A stretch of DNA of 64,000 nt from an uncultured Pseudomonadota bacterium (GTDB lineage Bacteria; Oederibacteriota; Muellerivitia; Muellerivitales; Muellerivitaceae): the NCBI GenBank assembly GCA_963843375.1, contig CAWJKT010000004.1, positions 480,001 to 544,000 of the forward strand. The letters run 5' to 3'. A model generated the notes under the pieces. That model was not told the origin of the DNA and made no database searches. It saw nothing but the letters and a program-made list of their open reading frames with translations. The translations under genes and the position numbers were made by a program. Of the stretch, positions 19,428-34,795 are shown one piece after another. Position 1 is the first letter of the stretch, and every line of letters starts with the position of its first letter.

Positions 19428-20817
19428 TCACGCCGGGGGCGCGGTGGAGCTCAGTTTCGTCGATTCCGCCGCGGAGCGCTTGCGCCCTCGGCGCAGCGCG
19501 AGCCCGAGCGCCACGACGAGCATCGCAGCCGAGCTCCGGCCGTTGCCCTTCGCGCCCGCGCTGCATCCGCCCTGACTGCTCCCGTTGCCCTGGGCGCCCG
19601 GGCTCGCTGCCGGTGCACCGGATCCAGAGGACCCGCTGCTCGCGCCGAAGGTTCCGATGCTCACGCCTCCCGAGCTGCTGGCCGCCCCGGAAGACGCGGC
19701 AGCCACCCCGCCGGACGATCCGCTCGCGGCTCCGGACGATCCGCTGCTGGCCGCGCCGCCTCCCGACCCGCTCGCCGCCCCGCCCGACGATCCGCTGGCC
19801 GACCCGGAGGACGCGCCGCCGTCGCCGGTCGATAAGAGGAGCCCCGCTGCTCATGGTCCCGTTCGTCCAGAAGGAGTCCGTGAACGTCGGGTCGTAGACC
19901 ACCGGAGAGCCGGTCTTCTGTATCTCGAACGACGCGAACGTCGTCGTGAACGTCCCGCTGACGGTCATCGCCTCTTCGGCGAGGTTCAGCTCGGTGAGGT
20001 AGATCGTATTCGAGTAGTACTTCGGATAGTTCGTCAGCGCCCAGTCGAGGACGGCCGCGACGTCAACCGACGAGATCGTGATGACGCCGTTCTTGTCCGG
20101 AGTGTAAGCGTCGGACGGAAGCGCGAAGGCAATGAAGGGGCCCTGGTTCGCGTTCGTCTGCGCGCCGTAGTCCACGACCTCCATGTCGGAGTACCCGAGG
20201 AGGCTCGTGTGCGAGATCTTGCCCCCGTAGTCGTAGAGCGGGTGGTAGAAATCGATGGTGATGTTGCCCTTGTCGCGGAGCCCGGCCGTGGTCGAGCTCA
20301 GGAACATCTCGTAGTAGACGCGGTAAATGTCCGACGACTTCACCGGGGGCACCTGGATCGTCCACGCGCCCTTCAAGAGTGCGATGTCCTTCAGCTGAAG
20401 CGGCAGGTGAGAGCCCGGTTGATTGTAGGTGTCGGTGACCACCGTCGAACCGATGTTGCCGATGCCGGCGTAGAGGGCCTCGCAGCAGCTGTCGTTCAGG
20501 TTGTACTTCTGGGTGAACTGCATGGAGCTCGAGCTCCACGTCACCGAGATGCCGCCGGGGCTGCCGGCGGATGACGCCCAGTTGTTGTCGAAGACCCACC
20601 CGGGGGCGCAGCAGTAGTCGTCTCCTCCGCCCGACGCCGCCGTGCACGGGGACTTCTCCACCGACGCCGTGCAGGTGTCGCCCGCGTTCGATGACGACGC
20701 GCACAGGAGCACGAGGGCTGCGCTGAGCGAGGCGAGGGTACCCCTGATCTTCGTACCGCTACCGACATGCGACGGCGAAAACAGCGGCGTGAACGTCCGG
20801 GGAATTGAAGACGCCAT
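19428..20817 (-). CDS. secreted GH12-like protein with Ser/Gly linker and MYXO-CTERM-like tail (one frameshift near 19840)
   Basis: NNW, LPLQLKDI..W, YYEMFL, YLTELNLAEE; tail GGCS...MLVVALGLALRRGRKR. Confidence 0.55.
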
Positions 20818-21053
20818 GACGACCTCCCTTCGGTAACGCGCTAATGCAAGCAGCTCCACGAAGGGATGCCAAGCGATTCGGCCTCGAACCGCGCCGCGAG
20901 AGGTCACATCTGCGGCGTCAGGGTCCAACGTGATTGTCCCCGCGGGGCCGTTGCCTGTCTGCGCGAGAAATTCAAGATGCTTCGAGCCGCAAGGCCTCCT
21001 TCGGGCGGCGACGCCGGGGTCCCTCGAGCCCGGCTACCGCTGGCCGCGCGCGC

Positions 21054-24929
<3,876 letters not shown>

Positions 24930-25381
24930 TGTCGTTCAGACTACGGGTTATCGAAAATTGAAACAATGAAATGAAGCGCACGAGAGACGATCGGGATCAC
25001 ACGCTCACCCGCGTGTAGCGAGATGGATGGGGGAGCGTACGACGCGGAAGAGCGCACCTTTTGCCCACCTCTTGTCTGATCGACGGATACGGAGGTGCGC
25101 GCCCTGGAATGGCCAGGCAGATCCGGGAGTTATCGCGCGCGACGACGATCGCGGCGATGACCGGCACGATGAGCGGCGACTGAACGGCGAGAGCCAGCAG
25201 CAGTCGCCTTCCGCTCACGCCATCGCGGTATCCGGTGATCCCGCTGCAATGTCGGCGACCGCGCCAACGCGCGTACCCCCGGGCCGAAACGTCGACGTTG
25301 CTCGCGCGGAAGGCGAGCGCGACGACGACGGATGAGGAGAGGTCAGCAGCCTTTTGGGTCAGGGCGCGACGAGCGCCCGCC

Positions 25382-25713
25382 CGCCCAACAGCGTGAAGCG
25401 GACGCGATACACGCTGCATCGGGCGCCCAACAGCGTGAAGCGGACGCGATGCACGCTGCATCGGGCGCCCAACAGCGTGAAGCGGACGCGATGCACGCTG
25501 CATCGGGCGCCCAACAGCGTGAAGCGGACGCGATGCACGCTGCATCGGGCGCCCAACAGCGTGAAGCGGACGCGATGCACGCTGCATCGGGCGCCCAACA
25601 GCGTGAAGCGGACGCGATGCACGCTGCATCGGGCGCCCAACAGCGTGAAGCGGACGCGATGCACGCTGCATCGGGCGCCCAACAGCGTGAAGCGGACGCG
25701 ATGCACGCTGCAT
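25382..25713. repeat. perfect 42-bp tandem repeat, about 8 copies
   Basis: unit CGCCCAACAGCGTGAAGCGGACGCGATGCACGCTGCATCGGG; one G>A change at 25409; no spacers. Confidence 0.97.
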
Positions 25714-26258
25714 GGTGCGGGATGCCACTGTACGGGTGTGCCCCTCGCGGGTCGTGGACGTTGGACGTTGCGTACACGGCACGTGGACGGAGGATCGGCG
25801 CCGGCTGACGCGTCGTCGAAGACGACCGCGTAACGCCTACGACCACGACGGGTGCCTGCGCCCGACCGAACGACGTCGGGCCTAGCCCTGGCCCAAGGTC
25901 ACCGAGCGCGATTCTCGATCACGGCAAGGAAGCAGGAATCCGGGGCCCTCTCGATTCTCTTGGCGCCTTCGTGGCTTGGCGGCTCTCCCTCTGGAGTTCG
26001 AGGATCGCGACGCTGGTTTTAGCCCTCGACGCCGATAAGACTAGCCAGGCGCGCCATCCCGCGGGCAGAGGGTCCCTCGCCTGCTCGCCTACGAGCCGGG
26101 ACGCCTCGCTTACTTTCGACGATCTTTCGCGCGTTTGTACCGCCACCACACGCCGTGTGCGATTCTCGGCTCACACCGTCTCGTAGCCCGGAGAGCGCGG
26201 GAAACGACGGCGCCGGCCGTGTCGCGCGCTCGTCGGTGCAGAGAGTAGTCTGCACTCC

Positions 26259-28031
26259 ATGAACTTCGCCTCTCGCTCGTTCTCCTTGGCCTTGGGCGTA
26301 CTCTGTTTGGGTGCGTGCAGCTCGAGCTCCTCGAGCCCGGCCGCCCCGAATCCGCAGGTGGACTCGGGGACCCCGCCGACGATCGATGCGGGCTCACCCG
26401 AAGCGTCCGCCTCCAGCCTCGACGTCCCGACCGACAAGGGAATGGTCCACGGTGCGACGGCCGGCGGCGTGCGGTCGTTTCTCGGCATTCCCTTCGCCGC
26501 GACGACCGGCGGAGACAACCGCTGGAAGCCGCCGCAGCCCGCGGCCGCCTGGACGACGACCCTCGAGGCGACGACCCTCGGTCCGATCTGCCCGCAGATC
26601 GATCCGTCGACGATGAAGTACGCGACGACGAGCGACGAGAACTGCCTGAATCTCAACGTGTGGACGCCGGATCCGGCGCCCACCACTCCGCTCCCCGTCA
26701 TGGTCTGGATCTTCGGCGGCGCGTTCGTCTTCGGCAGCGGCGGCGCGGCTCCTTACAACGGGAATCACCTCGTTCCGAACGGAAACGTCGTGGTCGTGTC
26801 GATGAACTACCGGGTGGGCGCCCTGGGCTTTCTCGCGCACGGCGCGCTCGCGGCCGAAGATGCCTCCAAGTCGACGGGAAACTACGGCCTCCTCGACCAG
26901 CAGGCGGCGCTCAAGTGGGTCCAGACGAACATCGCGGCGTTTGGCGGCGACAAGACCAACGTGACGGTCTTCGGCGAGTCGGCAGGCGGCAAGAGCGTCT
27001 GCCTGCAGCTCCTTTCTCCGGGAAGCCAAGGGCTCTTCAGCAAGGCCATCGTCGAGAGCGGGCTCTGCTTGACGCCGGGCCTCACGCTCAGCGCGGCGGA
27101 GGCGCAGGGCGACCGGTATGCGACGGCGATGGGATGCACGGACGCGGACGCTGCGTCGGCGCTCTCGTGTCTGCGTGCGCTGCCCCCGACGACCATCATC
27201 AACGGGCCGGCGACGCCCCCGCCCCAGCTGCCCGGTGGCCTCTTCTATCAGGACAGCAGCACGTCCCTGTCCTTCCAGCCCATCGTCGACGGCACGTTCC
27301 TGACGGATCAGCCGGCGGCGCTCTTCACCGCGAACAAGGAAGCCGCGGTTCCCGTGCTCCAGGGTGCGAACACCGACGAGGGCATCCTCTTTCAGACCGC
27401 GGCCCTGGGGCCGTACACGTCCGTGACCACGGAGACGGACTACCTGGCTGCGCTCACGCGGACGTTCGGCCCGAACGCGAGTGCCATCGCCGCACAATAT
27501 CCAGTCGCCGGCGGAGACGCGGGAGCGCCCGCCCTGGACGCCGGATCGCCGAGTGACGCCGGCGCCGTCGTCGCCTTCGCCACGCCCGACGAGGCGCTCA
27601 CTCAGGTCAGCGGAGACGCGTTCTTCGTGTGCCAGGCTCGCAGGCTCGAGCGGATCCTCTCGGCAAACGCCCCGAAGACGTATCTCTACAGCTTCAATGG
27701 CCCGCTCACGGGCGTCCCTCTCCCGCCACTCATGGGGGTCGCGTTTCACAGCAGCGAGCTTCCGTACGTGTTCGGCAACGCGTACTTGCTCGGCAGCGTG
27801 CCCGCCGCCGGCGCATCGCTGGTCACCGCGATGGAGGGGTACTGGACGGCCTTCGCGAAGAGCGGCGATCCGAACGGGGGCTCGAGCCCCATGTGGCCGC
27901 CCTACACGACCGCGGGAGATCAACACATCAACCTCGACACCTCCATCACCGTGGGCACCGGGCTCGAAAAGGCGAACTGCGACTTCTGGGACAGCTACGT
28001 GGCCGCCAACCCCACGGTTGCGGGCCTCTGA
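26259..28031 (+). CDS. type-B carboxylesterase lipoprotein
   Basis: lipobox LGAC; FLGIPFA, ENCLNLNVW, GGAF, FGESAGG, FHSSELPYVF. Confidence 0.95.
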   Translation: MNFASRSFSLALGVLCLGACSSSSSSPAAPNPQVDSGTPPTIDAGSPEASASSLDVPTDKGMVHGATAGGVRSFLGIPFAATTGGDNRWKPPQPAAAWTTTLEATTLGPICPQIDPSTMKYATTSDENCLNLNVWTPDPAPTTPLPVMVWIFGGAFVFGSGGAAPYNGNHLVPNGNVVVVSMNYRVGALGFLAHGALAAEDASKSTGNYGLLDQQAALKWVQTNIAAFGGDKTNVTVFGESAGGKSVCLQLLSPGSQGLFSKAIVESGLCLTPGLTLSAAEAQGDRYATAMGCTDADAASALSCLRALPPTTIINGPATPPPQLPGGLFYQDSSTSLSFQPIVDGTFLTDQPAALFTANKEAAVPVLQGANTDEGILFQTAALGPYTSVTTETDYLAALTRTFGPNASAIAAQYPVAGGDAGAPALDAGSPSDAGAVVAFATPDEALTQVSGDAFFVCQARRLERILSANAPKTYLYSFNGPLTGVPLPPLMGVAFHSSELPYVFGNAYLLGSVPAAGASLVTAMEGYWTAFAKSGDPNGGSSPMWPPYTTAGDQHINLDTSITVGTGLEKANCDFWDSYVAANPTVAGL

Positions 28032-28482
28032 CGCGCCCAGGGCTCGCGCCCTTCCGTTCCATCGGAAAGCGAACCGCAGGGCTCAGCAGCCCGGCACGAG
28101 GTCGACGCCGCCGAAGAACTCCGCGGAGACGGCCTCCCACGCGTGCCGGTTCTCCTCCTAGCCGCCGTCGATTCGCTGCGGCGCCAGAACGTCGACCTCG
28201 TCGTCCGTGCTGTCGAGCCGATCGAGCGCGAGGCGCGAGGCCGGATCGGACGCGAACCGGCTTGCCACGGCAGCGCGGACGGGGCTCGTGGAGTCGGCGA
28301 TCGCTGCGCGCGGGCTCGCGAATGCGAGCAGCCCGCCGACCGCGAGGACGCGACGCAGGGTCTCATCCATTTCGAGTCGGACAATCGCCTCACCAGGGTG
28401 TTCCGGGCGCTCTCGCGCGGCGGACGGGCCCGTTCCGATAGGTGTTGGCGGAGGTTATATCCCCGCTGCTAGAGCTGACGCG

Positions 28483-29883
28483 ATGCACAGCTACCTCGAG
28501 CGGTATCTCATCGCCCACGTATCCACGGTTCTCGCAGCGATCGGGGCGTTCGGGATGATGACCGGTCTCGGCGGGTCGCGTCGGACGTCGCAGAGCACGC
28601 TCGCATGGCTGCTCGGGGTCGTATTCATGCCCTTCGTCGCGCTCCCTCTCTTTCTCGTCTTCGGAAGCCGAAAATTCCCGCAGAGGGCCAAGGGGCCGGA
28701 GGACGACGCCGACCGCAGGGCCGCGATCGGCGAGCTCGGGACACAGACGCCGGGCTGCGCGCGCGTACTCCGATCGTGCGGCGTCGCGCCTCCACGGGAG
28801 GGCAATTCCTTCGAGCTCTTGACCACGGGCGAGACCGCGTACGCCAGGCTCATGGAGCTCATCGCCGCCGCAGACCGGACGATCGACCTCACGATGTTCA
28901 TCCTCGGTCACGACGCCACGGGCCGAGCGGTCGTCGAGGCGCTGGCGGCGCGCGCGGCAAAGGGGGTGAGCGTCCGGGTGATCCTCGACGCCGTCGGTTC
29001 GTCCCGATCGAGGCGCCACGCCGCGAGCACGCTCGGCGCGGTGGGGGCGGAGGTGCGTTCGTTCATGCCGTTCGGGCATTCGCCGATCCGGGGTCGAACG
29101 AACCTGCGTAGCCATCGAAAGCTGGTGGTCTTCGACGGCGAGCACGTCTTCACCGGCGGCATGAACCTGGCCAACGAATACATGGGCGAGTCGGCGACGG
29201 AGCTGCCGCGCTGGCGCGATGTCGCCGCGGTGACGAGCGGTCCGGTGGCAGCCGACGCCGAGGCGATGTTCGAGTCGGACTGGGTCTACTGCGGGGGTTC
29301 GGCGCGCAAGACCGCAAGTACGGAGTCCGCCAAGAGGTCGGCGCGCGGCGATGCGATCGTACAGGTGGTCCCCAGCGGCCCCGAGCTCCTCGCCGACACC
29401 GTGTACGACCTTTTCTTGACGGGAATCTTCGAGGCTCGAGACCGGGTCGCGCTGGTGACTCCCTACTACGTTCCGGACGACTCTCTCCAGCACGCCCTGG
29501 TGCTCTCGGCCCGTCGCGGGGTCCGGACCGAGGTCGTCATCCCCACGGTGTCGAATCACCGCATCGCCGACGTCGCGCGTCGAAGCCTCCTGCGCGAGCT
29601 GACGTCGGCCGGCGTCCGCGTCCGGTACTACCCGCGGGGGATGGTGCACGCGAAGGCCATGGTGATCGACGACGCGTTCGCCTACGTCGGTTCTCCGAAC
29701 TTCGACATGCGGAGTCTGTTTCTGAACTACGAGAATGCACTCTGCGTCTATTCGCCGCAGGCCATCGCCGCGATCCGCGGGTTCATCGACGGCTTGATGG
29801 CCGAGTGCGACGCGGAGGGGCCTCCCGCTGCCGAACATCGCATCCGCGAGCAGCTCGCCCGCTTCCTGGCGCCGGAGCTCTGA
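28483..29883 (+). CDS. cls: cardiolipin synthase / phospholipase D family
   Basis: two HKD motifs (HRKLVVFD, HAKAMVID); N-terminal TM segments; TPYYVP. Confidence 0.9.
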   Translation: MHSYLERYLIAHVSTVLAAIGAFGMMTGLGGSRRTSQSTLAWLLGVVFMPFVALPLFLVFGSRKFPQRAKGPEDDADRRAAIGELGTQTPGCARVLRSCGVAPPREGNSFELLTTGETAYARLMELIAAADRTIDLTMFILGHDATGRAVVEALAARAAKGVSVRVILDAVGSSRSRRHAASTLGAVGAEVRSFMPFGHSPIRGRTNLRSHRKLVVFDGEHVFTGGMNLANEYMGESATELPRWRDVAAVTSGPVAADAEAMFESDWVYCGGSARKTASTESAKRSARGDAIVQVVPSGPELLADTVYDLFLTGIFEARDRVALVTPYYVPDDSLQHALVLSARRGVRTEVVIPTVSNHRIADVARRSLLRELTSAGVRVRYYPRGMVHAKAMVIDDAFAYVGSPNFDMRSLFLNYENALCVYSPQAIAAIRGFIDGLMAECDAEGPPAAEHRIREQLARFLAPEL

Positions 29884-29915
29884 CTCGACGAGCGGCCGCG
29901 CGTCGTATCGCGGTC

Positions 29916-30698
29916 TCAGCCCGCGCTCGCGATCGAGAGTCCGCCGTCCACCGGGATGACGGTCCCGGTCACGTAGGCCGCCGCTCGCGAGGCGAGGAAG
30001 ATGGCGATTCCGGCCATGTCCGGCGGAGCCCCGATGCGCCCGAGCGGGCAGCGCTCGACGATCGCGTCTCGCATGTTGTCGAGGAGCCACTCCGTCATGC
30101 GGCTCTCGAAGGGCCCCGGGGCCACGGCGTTCACCGTGATGTGACGCGGGCCGAGCTTGACCGCGAGGACGCGCGTCAGGTGATGAACGGCGGCCTTCGA
30201 CGCCGAGTAGGCGAAGTTGTCGACCGAGGGCACGCGGAGCCCGTCGATCGACCCGATGTTGATGATCCTCGCCGGATCCTCGGCCGTACCTCCGGCGGTC
30301 AGCAGAGGCAGGAGGGCCTGGCTGAGGAAGAAGACGGCCTCCGTGTTCAGCGCCGTGACCTTCCGGAAGCCGTCCTCGGGATAGGTGTCGACCGGAGCGC
30401 CCCAGTTGGTTCCGGCGTTGTTCACCAGGACGTGGAGCGCGATCTCTCGCGCTGCGAGGGTGGCGACGAGTTGGTTGCGGCCGGCCGTGGTGGCCACGTC
30501 GGACGGGATCGATTGGCATTCGCCGTGTTTTCGCAGCTCGAGGGCCACGGCGTCGCACGCCTCTTTCTTGCGCGACGAGATGTACACACGGGCGCCGGCG
30601 CGGACGTACGCCTCGGCAATCATCAGGCCGATGCCGCTCGAGCCTCCGGTGACCAGGGTGACCTTGCCGCGGATCGAAAAAGGAGTGTCTGCCGTCAT
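29916..30698 (-). CDS. short-chain dehydrogenase/reductase
   Basis: TGGSSGIG, NNAG, YSASK. Confidence 0.95.
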   Translation of the reverse strand: MTADTPFSIRGKVTLVTGGSSGIGLMIAEAYVRAGARVYISSRKKEACDAVALELRKHGECQSIPSDVATTAGRNQLVATLAAREIALHVLVNNAGTNWGAPVDTYPEDGFRKVTALNTEAVFFLSQALLPLLTAGGTAEDPARIINIGSIDGLRVPSVDNFAYSASKAAVHHLTRVLAVKLGPRHITVNAVAPGPFESRMTEWLLDNMRDAIVERCPLGRIGAPPDMAGIAIFLASRAAAYVTGTVIPVDGGLSIASAG

Positions 30699-30834
30699 GC
30701 GCGCTAACCCATCAAGGAGGCAGTCCGGCGTCAAGGGCGACCGTTACGCAGCGGGCCCCGCGGTCCGCACCCAGAGGCCACCGACCCTGTAACGCTCGAC
30801 CGTCTCGCCGTATGTCATGGGCGGAGGGACCGTC

Positions 30835-31575
30835 ATGACCGTCACCAACCCCGTGTCCGGAACCAACGTCCACGAGATCGCATCGGGCATCTTTCGCATC
30901 AGCACGCCCGTGCCACCGAACCCGGCCTTGCCTGGCGGGTTCACGTTCAATCAGTTCCTCGTCGTCGACGAGCAACCGCTGCTCTTCCATACGGGGCCGT
31001 ACCGTATGTTCCCGCTCGTGCACGAGGCCGTCGCGCACGTGCTGGGCGACGTCGCCAAGCTCCGCTGGGTGTCGTTTTCGCACTACGAGGCCGACGAGTG
31101 CGGTTCGCTCAACGAGTGGCTTGCGGCGGCGCCGCGGGCAGAGGCGGCGTGCAGCGCGATCGGCGCCATGGTCTCGGTGGGCGACGTCTCGGCCCGCCCC
31201 CCGCGTCCTCTGGCCGACGGCGAAGAGATCGCGCTGGGACAGAAGCGCGTCCGCTGGCTGGACGCGCCTCACCTCCCCCACAACTGGGAGTGCGGCTACC
31301 TTTTCGAGTCCACCACGCGCACGCTGCTCTGCGGCGACCTGTTCACCCACGGCGGCGCGGAGCTGCCGCCGATCACGGACGCTGACGTGCTCGGACCCGC
31401 AGAGGCCATGCGCAAGGCGATGCCCGCCAGCGTCGCCGTCGACCGCAGCGCCCGCGCGATCCTCGAGAAGCTGGCGGCGACGGAGCCGCGCACGTTGGCC
31501 CTGATGCACGGGAGCTCGTATCGTGGAGACGGAGCCGCGCTGCTTCGCGCCCTGGCGGACGCGCTGGGCGTGTGA
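30835..31575 (+). CDS. MBL-fold metalloprotein (FprA-like N-terminal domain)
   Basis: SHYEADECG, PHLPHNWE, GDLF, LMHG. Confidence 0.85.
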   Translation: MTVTNPVSGTNVHEIASGIFRISTPVPPNPALPGGFTFNQFLVVDEQPLLFHTGPYRMFPLVHEAVAHVLGDVAKLRWVSFSHYEADECGSLNEWLAAAPRAEAACSAIGAMVSVGDVSARPPRPLADGEEIALGQKRVRWLDAPHLPHNWECGYLFESTTRTLLCGDLFTHGGAELPPITDADVLGPAEAMRKAMPASVAVDRSARAILEKLAATEPRTLALMHGSSYRGDGAALLRALADALGV

Positions 31576-31635
31576 GGGATGCGCGCCGGTGAACGCGCCG
31601 CGATCGAGCGAGTATTCGCCCGAAACCGCGTGCGC

Positions 31636-32697
31636 TCACGTCACGCGGACGATGCAGCGGAAGCCCACGTGACAGGTGGTCGTGTCGACGGTCTCGGGAA
31701 TGCGCGCCGCCGGGCGGTAGCGCAGACAGTAGTTCGGGGCGCAGAGAAAGGAGCCGCCCTTGAGGACCCGTCGTCCGATCTTCACTGGAAGCGTGGGGTC
31801 GACGCTTTCGGCGAGCGTGGCCCCGCGCGGGTTGCGAGGCGTGCAGCACGGGCGCTGCGGCGCCCGACGCGTCGGAGAGAACCAGTCGCAGGTCCACTCC
31901 CAGACGTTGCCCCCCACGTCGAACAGGCCGTAGCCGTTCGCGGGGAACGCGCCCACGGGAGACGTCCGTTCGTGGCCGTCCTCGAGGAGGTTCTGCCACG
32001 GAAACTCCCCCTGCCAGGTGTTCGCCATCGACTTGCCGCCGGGCGCGAACTCGTCGCCCCACGCGTAGACGGCCTGATCGAGTCCACCGCGAGCGGCGCG
32101 CTCCCACTCCGCCTCTGTCGGCAACGCCTTGCCCGCCCAGCTTGCGTACGCGTCGACGTCTTCGCAAGCGACGTGGACGACGGGGTGGTCGTCGCGCTCG
32201 TCGAGCGAGCTCTCCGGCCCTTCGGGATGGCGCCAGTCGGCTCCGGGTACGTATTGCCACCACTGCGTGCAGTCGCGGATGTCGACCCGGCGCGAGGGCT
32301 TGAAGAAGACCGCCGAGCCCGGCACGAGCAGGTCCGGGCGCGCGCCGGGGTAGCTCTTCGGATCAGGCGGACGCTCGGCGAACGTCACGTAGCCGGTCTC
32401 TTCGACGAAGCGGCGAAACTGCCGGTTGGTGACGGGCCCGCAATCCATCCAGAACCCGTCCACGGCGACCCTGCGGACGGGCGCTTCCTCGGGATAGTGA
32501 CGGTCGGAGCCCATGAAGAAGGCACCGCCGGGGATCCAGGCCATCTCACGCGTGAGCGGCGTGACCGGCGGCGCCGGCGAGGAGGAGCGGGTTCTGCGCG
32601 GCTTGCCATGTCGTCCGCGAAGCAGGCGGCGTGCCGGTGGATCGCGAGCGAACCCCGGGCCGCTGGGGTGGGGTGCGCTCGGGCTGGTCGCGGTCAT
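31636..32697 (-). CDS. formylglycine-generating enzyme family protein
   Basis: LPTEAEWERAARGG, NGYGLFDVGGNVWEW, GGSFLCAPNYCLRYRPAAR, GFRC. Confidence 0.92.
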   Translation of the reverse strand: MTATSPSAPHPSGPGFARDPPARRLLRGRHGKPRRTRSSSPAPPVTPLTREMAWIPGGAFFMGSDRHYPEEAPVRRVAVDGFWMDCGPVTNRQFRRFVEETGYVTFAERPPDPKSYPGARPDLLVPGSAVFFKPSRRVDIRDCTQWWQYVPGADWRHPEGPESSLDERDDHPVVHVACEDVDAYASWAGKALPTEAEWERAARGGLDQAVYAWGDEFAPGGKSMANTWQGEFPWQNLLEDGHERTSPVGAFPANGYGLFDVGGNVWEWTCDWFSPTRRAPQRPCCTPRNPRGATLAESVDPTLPVKIGRRVLKGGSFLCAPNYCLRYRPAARIPETVDTTTCHVGFRCIVRVT

Positions 32698-34471
32698 CCG
32701 GGGGCGCCGTTCGAAGAGCGCCGCACGGCGGCCGCGGCGCGACGTCGGCGGATCGCCAGCGCGATGAAGCCCGCGGCGGCAATCACGCTAGCTCCTCGGC
32801 CGTTCCCGCTCCCACGGTCGGGCGCCGACCTGCACGAACAGCCCGGACTGGAGGCCGCGGGAAAGGCGTCGTTCGAAATGCCGAAGCCGTTCGAGCAGCT
32901 CGGGCACGCGTCTTGGGCTGCGCCTCCCTCCAGGAGATCCTCGCTCGCGTCGTCTTGGGCATCGCTGCCCGACGTTCCCGCGTCAATCGACATCATGGCG
33001 TCGTCGCTCATGCTCGCATCGGCCGGCGGCGCCGCGCCGTCGAGCGAGGGAGGAAGCGGTCCGGCGAGCAGCGCCAGGCGCTCGCCGTTGGGCGTGCCGA
33101 GGCCCGTGGGCCCATCCCACCCCTTGCCGGCGGTGCACATGACGTCGCTGCAAAGGCCGTCGTCGTCGTTCTTGCCGGAGGTCACGTCGTTGAAGTCCTC
33201 GATGTGCTCGTAAAAGAGCGCGTGGTTGTCCTTCCCCGCGAGACCGAGGCGAACCATGATCGCGGCCACGAGCGGCGAGGCGGCGCTCGTGCCCTCGACG
33301 CTGTTCCAGCCATCGTCGTCGGTGTCGTAGGCGGCGATGCCGCCCCCGGACGCCGTCGGGTCGAACTGAGCGGCTGCCGAGAGATCGACCGACGCGCGCT
33401 TGGTGCAGCTGCCGAAGTTGAATCCCGACGACGACTGCCACGTGGGACGTGGGAACTCCTCGCTGCACCCGCTGCCGCCGGCTCCCAGACCCCCCCCGCC
33501 AAGGAATCCACTCTGGCCCGAGTCGTCGTTCCACGCGACCTCGGAGTAGCTTCCTCCGGTCAGCTGGAGGGTCGTGCCACCGACGCCGACGACGGAGGGG
33601 GCCGTCGCGGGGTAACTCGCGCCGGATCCGAAGCCCTGTTGCTCGTTGTCGTATCCGGAGTCGCCGGACGCGGCGAAAACGAGCATGCCTGCGTTCTCGT
33701 AGGGAGACGGATCGTCGGAGCCGCTCTCCGGTCCCCCCAGCTGTTGCTCGACGCCGCCGCGCCGACGACCGTCGCGGCGATCTGGTTCATCTTGTCCAAA
33801 TCGTTCGTGTTGCTGGCTTCGACGAGGACGATGCTGCAGTCGGGGCACGCCGCGCTGACCATGTCCATGTCCAGGCCGGTCTCGCCGGACCATCCGGCGC
33901 AATCGTCGGTCGTGACCGAGTGGGTCGTGCCGTCCTCTCCGACGCGCGCAAAACAGGCCGTTCCGTTCGGCGCCGGGACCCCCGAGGCATCGACCGGGCA
34001 CGCGGGCAGCTCGGGGATCCCGAACTGCTTCCGGTACGCGTTGACGTCGTCCATCCCGTGGACGGACGGTAGCTCGATCAGCGCGACAATCTTCCCGCCT
34101 GCGCTCGTGGAGGGAGGGATCTGATAGGCCGTGAGCACGTCGTTGGGCGTCATGCTCCCTGCAAGGGGCGTCCGGCCCCCCCCGCCGCCGAGAGACTGAC
34201 AGGAGGGGTCGCCGAACCCGGGAAAGGGGGCGTCGGGTCGGACCTGCGCCGCGTCGCCATCGACGACGCGCTCGGCGAAGCATCGCCGCGAGCGAAGCGT
34301 CCGTTCCGGACACACGTCCTGCAGGGTCCTGCCGAATCGATCGCGATGCCGCCAGGGCCTCAGGCCCGACGAGGCCGCGCCCATCGGAGGCGCAGCGGTC
34401 GCCGTGCTGTCGACGAAGCATGCCGCGGCAATGAGTAGACCAACCCAAAGGGTGACACGGGTCCCTGCCAT
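32694..34471 (-). CDS. S53/S8-family serine peptidase with MYXO-CTERM-like tail (frameshift near 33735)
   Basis: ETGLDMD, ASGDSG, VGGTTL, GTSAASP, GWDGPTGLGTP; tail GCSC...IALAIRRRR. Confidence 0.85.
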
Positions 34472-34795
34472 GATCTCACCTCCAGGCCTCTGGTTCGCCG
34501 GGCCGTCGCCAGGTGCGCACTCAGGTCAGTACCGGCGATCGCGCGGGCGAAGCAAACGCGAGACCCTCAGGGAAATAGAGCGCGACGCGCGTGCTGGAAT
34601 ATTCGGCCGACGCAGGCGCGATTCCGTGCTCCCACTATCGCGAAACCGGAAACGTTCACCGAGGCGATAGAGAACCGCGACGCATCCACCTGATGAGGGC
34701 GTCGCCGGTTGGACCTGTGGGACGGCAGCGCGCGGTCCGTCCGACGACGCCGCGATCGCGCGCAAGGGCCGCTTCGCGGCGCGCCTCCTCGTTAC

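Noticed and set aside
25382..25713. CRISPR array interpretation of the 42-bp repeat
   Set aside because: Units are head-to-tail with no unique spacers, and there are no cas genes in the window
25955..25990. CTTGGCGCCTTCGTGGCTTGGCGG, possible dispersed repeat
   Set aside because: Only one copy in the window; cannot be supported without genome-wide data
28080..28370. Small minus-strand ORF with signal-like start and a possible in-frame stop
   Set aside because: Too short, no recognisable motif; possibly a remnant
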